Source: Chrysemys picta bellii
Taxonomy: Eukaryota
Assembly: GCF_011386835.1 (NCBI RefSeq)
Contig: NC_088812.1
Span: 2,108,001-2,172,000 of the forward strand
Length of the DNA: 64,000 bases
Direction of reading: 5' to 3'
Both the position numbers and the translations under genes were made by a program. Below, piece by piece: positions 1 to 9,900 of this stretch; position 1 is the stretch's first letter, and each line of letters opens with the position of its first letter. The notes beneath the pieces are model-generated. The model did no database searches, had not been told where the DNA came from, and saw only the letters and a program-made list of their open reading frames with translations.

Positions 1-932
1 CTGGTGGGGGAGGGAGGCTGGGGGTAAGGGTCACTGAGGATGGGGGCTGGTGAGGATGGTTGGTACTGGGAGGGGCTCTGAGTGGAGCATGAGGTCTGGG
101 GCTCGGCATGATGTGACATGGGGGGGGCTGTGGCTGGAGGGGATGCCTGCTTGTTGCCGGGCTGTGGAGTGGAGAGCGGGGTGTGTGGTGGGACAGAGCG
201 AGGGGGAGATGCTGAGCCATGGGGTGCTGCGGGAGGGGCATCAGAGGTATGTGGTGATTGTTAGGGGAATTCTTTAAAATTCCTGATGTCATTCAAGGCC
301 TCTGCATGCAATTTAACCCTCCTAGGGCCTGGAAGGAAACATCCTGGGGGAGGGCCGGGCCGTGGAACTGGGCACACGAGACACTGGTTCAGTATTGTGT
401 CTTGGCTTTATACCTTTGTCCAGTATCATTCCCAGCACCAACCAGCAGACCCCTGGTTCCCCCTCCCAGCCCCGCGCGGGTTCCTGCCAGTGCTTGCTCT
501 GCTAACCTGCTGGAAACACTGACTATTTTTTCTCTCTTAGAGCCTTTCCTGGAAGCCCAGGTGGACACGTGCAGGGTCAAAATGACCTCCCTGGTAAGTT
601 CTCAGTTTCCTCTAAGTCATTGTAGGTTTGGGAAATGTGCCCTGTCTCCTTGGCCTAGACTGATACCCATCTAGTTCGGGATCCAGTCTCCGAGTGACTC
701 GTCCTGAGTGTCCCAGAGGAAGCTGCCAACCCCTCATCGCCTGTCAACTCTTCTTATGTGAAAATCCCTCCCTGACCCCAGCTAATGCCCTGAAGCAAGA
801 GGACAGAGAGCCCTTATTAATTTCTCCCCCTCTCCTGTGTCCCCGACCGTGATCGGGGAGGGGAACTCCCTGACTAGCCCTTGGGTACCGCACACCTCTG
901 AAATGAAACCTCACTCTTTGTTCTCTCCCCAG

Positions 933-3900
933 GGCACGAGTAGCCAGTCGGTTACAGAGTATGTGGTGCGAGTACCCAAGTGAGTCCTTTCTCTCTGATT
1001 TCCCAGCCCTCTCTGCCCACGCGGCGCCTGGCTGAAAGCTCATCTCCCTGGGGAAAACAGACAGCCACAGTTTAAGATGTCAGAGCGGAGGTGGGGGAGT
1101 GTCCCCTGCATTGCTGGGTCAAATCAAGCTCAGGTCACTGTTCTCTGACAACGGATGAACTGAGCTGTAGGCCTCGGCCCCTCTCCCTGGCTATCCAGCC
1201 TCTGGTTTGTTTGATCTAAACACTATGCTTCCTGCTGAGCCCGAGGCCACGTCTCTTTGGAGTATTATGGTGATTCCCCAATTGAGATCAGGGTCCTGCC
1301 CTGAAGAGCTTGCAGTTTAAATAGACAAAGGGTGGGAAGGGAAACTGAGGCACGGCGCGGGACTGTGGTTTGCCCAAGATCACCCAGGTGCGCAGGGCAG
1401 GGAATTGAGCCACGCCGCCTGTTGTATCGGATCGATCCTACTGCACCCTGTGGTGGGTTCAGTACAGAGACGGGGGCCTGACAGGGAGGGGGGTCGGGCA
1501 GGGCTGAGGCCTGCTGGCAGCAGGGATTGGGTAGCCCTGCTGCCCGGGTGCGATTTGCTGTGTGGCTAGCGAGTGCTCGGCATAGTGCCAGGCTTCCAGC
1601 AGGGGGTGTGGGGATGTCACTCACTCCTCGAGCTGGAGCTGCTGGCCGCTCAGGTGTCTGCCCTCCTCTTGCTGCAGAAACACACCCAAGAAGTACAACA
1701 TCATGGCCTTCAACGCCGCCGACAAGGTCAACTTCACCACCTGGCACCAGGTAGGATGCCCCCGAGCCCCACATGGCCAGGGCAGCCTGCCCGCTGCTTG
1801 GAGGCACTGCCAGGTGCCGGAGCTCCCTTAGCGCTGACGGCCTGGCCACTCCAGCGGGGTGGATCGATAGTTGTGACTGCATCTGGGGCCGGGCCTGGCA
1901 GCAAGGCTAGAAATACTGGGCACAGCGCCCCCCCCATAATGCACTGGACCACAGGGCAGCCTCTTGCTTCCCCACCATGCTGGGGAACACATCTGGGCCC
2001 ACCCCCTGCATGGATGGATCCCTGATACTGCAGACAGCGGCGAGCCCTCTCTCAAGTGCCCCGGGTGCAGGGCTCTTCTCAGCCTGGCGAGGGGTCCCAG
2101 GAGGTGGCTCGGTTTCAGCCCCGAAGCCCAGCGTTCGCTCTGGCTCTTGGTGCCCAGCGCTGTGGGCGGCCTGGTCCGGGTCACGGCATGGCCCTCGCTA
2201 GCTCGGCGCCGCAGGGAGCTGAGCGGGCACTGCCGTGCAGCGCTGGGGAACCAGACGCAGTGAGGCGGCCGAGCAGGGGGGATTTTCTTTCCCCAGGGAC
2301 GGGGAGGTGACGTTCTCCTTTGCTCCCTCCCGCAGGCGAAAATGGAGCGAGATCTCAGCAACAAGAAGATCTACCAGGAAGAGGAGATGCCGGAGTCGGG
2401 GGCCGGCAGCGAGTTCAACCGCAAGCTGCGGGAGGAAGCGCGCCGCAAGAAGTACGGCATTGTCCTGCGGGAGTTCAAGCCCGAGGACCAGCCCTGGATC
2501 CTCAAGGTCAACGGCAAAGCTGGGCGCAAGTGAGTGGGGTTCCTGGGGGCCGAAGTGTGAGCGCTGGGTCCAAACGCACAGGCCCCTCCAGCCTGCGCTC
2601 CAAGCCCCAGCTGTGCTGGCCAGAGGCCTCCTTTGGAGAGGGAGGGTTAGAGTGTGGCCCTAACCCCATGCCACGGGGCAGAGGAAGAACCCAGGAATCC
2701 TAGGTCGCTGTGTCCCTGCTCTGACCACTAGACATCACTCCCTCCGAGCCAGGAGTGGAGCCTAAGAGTCCTGCCTCCCCAGCCTCCTTGCTTTAACCAC
2801 TAGTTTCCACTCCCTACCCAGGGTCCTGGCTTCCAGCCCCAACCACTGGGCCATTGGACCAGATCCCAGGTGCCCCCCTGAATCCAGCTCTTCCTTTCCC
2901 TCGTGTCCAGGTTCAAAGGGGTGAAGAAGGGCGGCGTGACCGAGAACGCCTCCTACTACATCTTCACGCAGTGCCCTGATGGCGCCTTCGAGGCCTTCCC
3001 GGTCAGCAACTGGTACAACTTCACCCCCGTGGCCAAGCACCGCACCCTGACGGCCGAGGAGGCGGAGGAGGAGTGGGAGCGGTGAGTGAGGGGCACGGGC
3101 TGCCCCGCCCTGCTGTCGCCAGGAGTCCTGGCGCTCTGTGCTCTAACCCGCGAGACCCCATGCCCCTCCCTACAGGGGGAATAGAACCCAGGAGTTCTGG
3201 CACTCAGCGCTTTAACCCATAGACCCCCTACGCCCCTCCCTACAGGGGGAATAGAACCCAGGAGTCCTGGCTGCCAGGCCCCTGCTCTACGCACTAGACC
3301 CAACCGGGGCTTGTCCCTGGGATTGGCTGACACAGGCAGGTCTGTGCTCCTGGCAGCTCGGAGCTGGAGGACGGGCTGGGGGTGCAGTGTCTGGGTAGGA
3401 CCCGTGCTGCAGCTGGGGCTCCTTGCGGCCTGCACGGCATCGTGGGATGAGGAGTCCCCTCTGTGTCACCAGGCCAACCGACTGGCCCTCTCCCTGGCTG
3501 CTTCCACCAGGGCAGGCGTGGAGCTCGGCACCGGCCTCCCTGGGTCTGGCACCCCCCTTCCAGCCTGGTACCAGGGAGCCCTGCTCCTTTCCCTGTGGAT
3601 CATATGGGTTTGGGGGGGTCCCTTCTCCCCCCCTTGCAATCCCAACAGCAGCCCCATAGGGCTGGGTTTCACCCCGTCACGGCAGAGCCCCTCTCCCCTG
3701 TGGCGGGGTCAGGCAGTGGAGGGGGTCCCACCCCCAGTGTTCTCACCCCCTGCCCTCTCCCTCCCAGGCGGAACAAGGTGCTGAACCACTTCACCATCAT
3801 GCAGCAGCGGCGGCGGAAGGACCAGGACGACGAGGAGGAGGAGAAGGAGAAGAAGACCAAGAAGAAGAGCAGCGAGTTGAAGATCCACGACCTGGAGGAC

Positions 3901-6900
3901 GACCTGGAGATGAGCTCAGACGAGAGCGAGCTGAGTGACGCCGACGGTGAGGGGCCCCCGGGGGCTGAGCCAGCCCTGCTGCCCCGGACCACCAGCACCC
4001 ACAGCCCCTCTTTCTGCTGCCCTGAGGTCACTGAGCCAGCCCTAGCTGGTGCTGCCCCCTGCTGGGGGTCACGGGGGTAGACCAGGGACCCCTTTCTCAC
4101 TCATGGCCTGTGTCCCGGCTAACGGGTGACCTGGCTACTGCCTGGGCCTGTGTGTCTGTAGCTCGGGGCCCAGGCTGACCCCTGTGCCTTCGAAGCATGG
4201 CGCTACCCCTCTGAGAGCCTGCAGCCCGTCAGGAGTCCCCATGTAGAACCCAGGCGTCCTGGTTCTCGGCCCCTCCCTCTAACCCCATTCCCCTCTTGCT
4301 GGGCCTGTGGCTGTCACCTCCCCCCCCCCAGGTCTTGCCACGACCCTGCCACTGAGCCAGCCGTGGGCTGTTTCCCATAATGCTACAGGGGAGAAGGCGG
4401 CCAAGCCCCAGAAGAAAACCCCGCTGACCAAGAAGAAGAAGAAGAAGAAGGGCTCGGACGACGAGGCCTTCGAAGACAGCGACGACGGAGACTTTGAGGG
4501 GCAGGAAGTGGATTACATGTCGGACGGGTCCAGGTAAGGGTGGGGCCTCAGGGGCGAGGTCTGTTCCGCCGGGACAGGGTGCCTGGGTCAGCTCCACTCA
4601 GCTCCTCACCTGGCGCTGCCTGTGCCCATTAAGCAGCATGTTCTGTTCCTCACCTGTCCTGGCTGTACCCTGCACGGTTAGTCTTGGCAGAGGCAGGTTC
4701 CCTCCCCCACCCCCTTTGTGCCAGGCTGTCCCCCATCAGCCCCCTCTCGTGTCTTGCAGCAGTTCGCAGGAGGAGGCAGCAGTGGGGAAGCCCAAGGTGA
4801 CAAAGGAAGAGGATGGTCCCAAAGGTACGTGGCAGATACGGGGCCCCGGTTGGCACCGCTGAGACCTGGTGGTGGCGGCACCCCTCAGACCTCAGCGGGG
4901 CCTTTGGTGCCATCACGCCTGGTTGGAAATTCTCCATCGAGGCTGCTTTCCGGTGGAGAATTGGGTGTTCAACCATGTTCCGCAGAAAGCGTCCGTTCTC
5001 CGTGCAAAAATCCGGTTGCTTAAATAGAAAACCGGCAGGTGAAATAGCTGGCTTGGGTTGTGCTGCCCCAGTGCCTCGTGGGACACGGGGCTTCCGGCCC
5101 CCACTTCCCACCCCCTAACCTCGCCAGCACCTTGCTCCTGAACTGGCTTGGGGGGAGAGGGAGGGTTGTTGGCTGTTCAGCGCTTGCGCCCCTGCGGGAG
5201 GGGCTGCAGGGTAAGAACGGGGCCGCGGGGCCCTGGGTTGGGAACGCCCAGCACGAACGCTCGGGGGAGCTCACTGCTCCGTGGGCGTTGAATCTGGGCT
5301 GCAAACCAGCTCCTTCCTGCCCCCTGAGCCCGCTGTCGGTTGGCTGCCCAGGGATCGACGAGGCTAGCGAGAGCAGCGAGGAGAGCGAGGAGGAGAAGCC
5401 TGCCGAGGAGAAGGAGGAGGAGGAAGAGGAGAAGAAGGCCCCCACCCCTCAGGAGAAGAAGAAGAAAAAGGGTGAGTGTTTCAGGGAGGGAGGGGGCTGT
5501 ACCGCAGGGGGCCAGGGGTGTGGTCTCTGCTGCTGGGTCATCAAATCAGCACTGAGCTACGCAGGGTCTCATTGGGGAGTGAGGTCTAGGGGATAGAGCT
5601 GGGGGGGCGGGACTAGGACTCCTGGGTTCTTTCCCTAACTGCCACTCGCTCATGTCAGCCCCTTGGTCACTTCCCCCCCTCCTCCCCCCCAGGGCTGGTG
5701 CGGAGTCTCCATGGGGGGGTCTGGGGGAGGAGCTATGAAATCACTTTGAGAAACCTCTCCTTGTTAACCCTTAAAGTGCCGGTATCTACCAAGCGGCCTC
5801 CTCCAAAGGGGGACAGGACTCCTCCCTGGGCTGCCCCACATCCCGCCCCCAGTTGATGCTGTGCCAGCTAGCCCAAGTGTGCATGTGGGGGGGGGTTCCC
5901 CTCACTGGGGTGGTGCTGTGACTGGAAGTCCTCCCCCACTTCACAGCCCAAGGCGTCTGGTTCAGGTCTCTGGCTGGACTGAGCGAAGAGCCCCGGGGTG
6001 GCCGGAGCCAGGGGCCATGGGAGGGCATAGAGAGAGAGAGCTCTGACCCCAAGCACTCCAGAGGGGCTGGAGATTGACAGGTGATTCAGAGGGGAGGGAC
6101 TTGCTCTGACCCCGCCCACACCATGTGTTGCAGACAGCAGCGATGAGTCAGAGACGTCCGAGGAGAGCGACATCGACAGCGAAGCGTCCTCAGCGCTCTT
6201 CATGGCGGTAACCCCAACCCGCGTCCTTTGGGAGGGCGGGGGGCTGTCTGGGTTGCCCGCTTGTGGGCTCTGGATGCTCGGGGCCTTGGCTGGATCCCAA
6301 ACCTTTAGCTCGTCTTTGAGCAACGTCCCCACGGGTGCTCCACGTTAGGTGTTTGCGTCCCTGTGCCTAGGATCGCAGGGGTTTGGTAGCAGCGCCTGTT
6401 TGGGCCACACCTGTGCTCCCGTCTTGCGCCCTGTGTGGCAGCTGTGTAGCGCTGGGCGGCCCAACCGCCCTTGGCCTGAGCCTCCTAGTGAGTCTTCAAG
6501 TGCCTCGGTTCTCGTTTCGTAGCGTTGGTTCCCATTTTAGCCAGTTCCCATTTTCCCTCTTTCCTTTCTTTCTTTCTAACAAAACAACCCATTTTTTCCC
6601 CTTTCCTTGTCATTACCCCCCGTAGGTTGATTCCAATCAGGGGGTTGTGCCCGGATTCAAACGGTGCCTCTCCTGCCAGGAAGCCATCCCCGTCAGCGAC
6701 GGGCACCCCCGTTGCCTCCGGTGCATGGGAGAGGCACACGTGCCCCAAAAGTGCACGCACTGCTTTAACCTTAAGGCGCGCAGTCAGAAAGCCTGTGACC
6801 TGAAGCTAAAACCCCAAATGAAGGAGAGCCTGCTGCGGCCAGCCTCAGACCCTGGTCCTGGGACCCCCCCTGGACAACGATCACCATCAGCACCAGCTGC

Positions 6901-9900
6901 TCCACACTCCCTGCAGGCTACGAAGAGGAAATCAACAGATTCCTCACGAAAAGACGCTAAAAAGCGAGCCCCACGTTCGCCCACCCAGGAGCCGAGGAAA
7001 AGAAAGAGGTCCCCAGGGAGATCAGTAGCTTTGGCACCAACAGGTGTAATACTGAGCACCTATGACGCCCCTGGGACCTCCGGTATGGTCGACGCCGGTA
7101 AGTCCAAGGACCCCAAGAGGGCAAGACTGGACAAGACTGCACCGTCCGGCGACAGAGGCCAGGAAAAGCCCAAAGCCTCAAAGACGGAACCGACCAGCCA
7201 CACGGCACCGGGCACTTGGGCGCCGCCTGCTGGGCATTCAGCGGAACGCAGAGCAACCCTGGCGCTGGCCAGACCGTCGGCACCAGCACCGACACAACTA
7301 ACTCCCACGGTACCGAAGACGCCACCGGAGTTTAGATTCCCAAAAGACGGATTTGTCTCTGAGACGCCAGAGTCTCCACCGCTCCGGACCAAGATGGCTG
7401 CGGTACACACCAAACCCACCCGTTCACCGTCACCATCCAGGACTGGCCCCCCCTTCTCCAGTGGAGACGAGGAGGAAAATGATGCTGATTCTGTGCCTTC
7501 ACGCAACTGCCCTTCGCGTCGGGGCACTGCACAACTTGACTCTTCTGCCCGCCGTAGATACCAGGAGCCCAGAGGTGACCCAACACCCTGGTATGGACAC
7601 CCGTGGGTGCCCCCCTTTATGCCTGTGCCCCCACAATGGCCTTGCTGGGATCCATGGGCTGCTTATAGGCAACAGTTTTCCAGGCCACCCGATACCCAGA
7701 GGGAGAAACCGAGGCACTCCCCGTCATCTTCAGTATCCAGACCTCCCGAGCCTGATGGAGAATCTGTCAAGGAGAAGGAGGAAAGGCTGAAGCAGGAAAC
7801 TACACCTGCACCCAATATACCGTCGTCCTCGGCGGCCAAAGCAGTCGTGCCTCCCCCGCCGTTGTCGGCCGATGATGATTTCCGACAGCGTCAGGAGCTG
7901 TTCAGACGGATAGCGGATTCTCTCCACATCCCGTTAGAGGAACCAAGAGAGTCGCAGTGCTTGTTTCTGGATATACTGCCCACGTCCACCAAGATCGGGC
8001 TGCCTATAGTTAAGACCATCTTAGATGCAGCTAAAGCGGTCTGGCAAACTCCAGCCACAATCCCTCCCACCTGTAAGAGGGCTGAGAAGAAGTATTTTGT
8101 CCCCTCAAAGGACATGGAGTTCTTATCTTCGCTGCCCACACCGAATTCAATGGTGGTCTTGGCGGTGAATGAAAGGGAGAGGCTACGTCTGAACAACCCG
8201 TATGACAAAGATTGGAAGAAACTAGATTTGCTAGGCCGTAAAGCACACTCTTCGGCAGCTCTCCAATTCCGAATTGCCAATTACGAGGCGTTCGTGTCAA
8301 GGTATAACCACACAAACTATTCAAAACTGAACGAATTTATTCAATATATCCCAGAGGATAAAAGAAAACAATTCCAGGCAGTCGTGACGGAGGGCCAGCT
8401 GCTGGCCAGGACGGCATTGCAAGCGTCCCTAGATGCGGCAGACGCGGCTGCCCGCTCCATAGCAACAGCGGCGGTTATGAGGCGAGTATCGTGGCTACGT
8501 CTTTCAGGACTCCCGAAGTACATACAAGCTACAGTGGAGGATTTTCCCTTTGAAGGCTCCAACTTATTCGCCAACAAGACTGATGACTATTTCCGCTCCA
8601 TCCGGGATGCAAGAGAGACGCTGAGAGCGTTGCGTGTCTCCACACCAGTACCAAGGAGACAGCAGAATAGATACCATGCTACCTCGAGATCTCGAACCTC
8701 TGCATTTCCCCCACCTCAAAGAGACTACGACCCGGAAATGACTGAGACCTCCCAAATGTAACCGCCCCTAACATAGGCATGTGCATCTCACCAACCCACC
8801 TCACAACAGAAAATTGGGTCGAGGCTCTGAGTTGCCTCACCCGGATCCTTGTGCTGTGACCACCAGAAAACATCCATCCCTTTGGCGACCGCCTGACCCC
8901 ATTCTACCAGTGTCCCCTTGGACAACTGGGTGTTAGAAATGGTCAACAACGGATACTCAATGCAATTTCTTTCCGTCCCTCCAACCCACCCATCTTCCTC
9001 CCCCCGCCCCCCGACACCTTCTGCAGGAAGAAATAATCCACTCGGGGGCTGTAGAACCAGTTCTGCTCCAACACCGCAGGAGAGGCTTTTATTCCAACTG
9101 TTCCCTCATCCCAAAAAAGAGCAGCGGGTGGAGACCCAGTCTAGACTTCAGAACATTCAACAAGTTCGTTCAACAACAACGATTCAGGATGGTCACTTTA
9201 GCAAAAATAATCCCAACACTGGACCGAGGGATTGATCTCGGCCCTCGACCTCCAAGATGCACCTTTGCACGTTACCATACACCGTCTCCCAGAGATTCCT
9301 CAGATTTGTGCTGGGCTTGGATCCCGGCCAGTACAAAGTACTTCCCTTGGGCCTCTGGCACCCTGGGTATTCTCCAAGCTCCTTGCAGTGTGGTGCACCT
9401 CTGCCAACAGGCAATTATGATGTTCCCAATTGCCTTCTCAGAGCCCCCTCTTGAGACAACACAGTCCTGGCTACACACAGAACTAGGGACCTTTCCTCAC
9501 AACTAGGCCTTCAAATCAACACTCAGAAATCAACACTGACACCTGTACTGCATCCAGAGTTCATTGGGCCCTACCCTGCCGCAGTGGAGGCCAGAGCCTT
9601 TTGACCACCACACAGACTTGCTGCCCTAGCCAATTTGATCTCCACGGTACCAAACCAGTCCGCAGGGATCAGCCAGAACATGTAGACGACTACCAGGGCA
9701 TATGGCAGTGCCCACCTGTGTTGTAAAACGTGCGAGGCCGCACAGGTGTGGCTCCGGACAGAATATGTCCCGCACAGACACAACTTAAACAAAAAACAAG
9801 CCAATCTTACCCGCGTGAATGGCACCCGGTCTGGAATCTTGTCGACACCTATAACCTCTCCCTTGTCACTGGTACTGGACTGCATCTGGGATCTAAAAGG

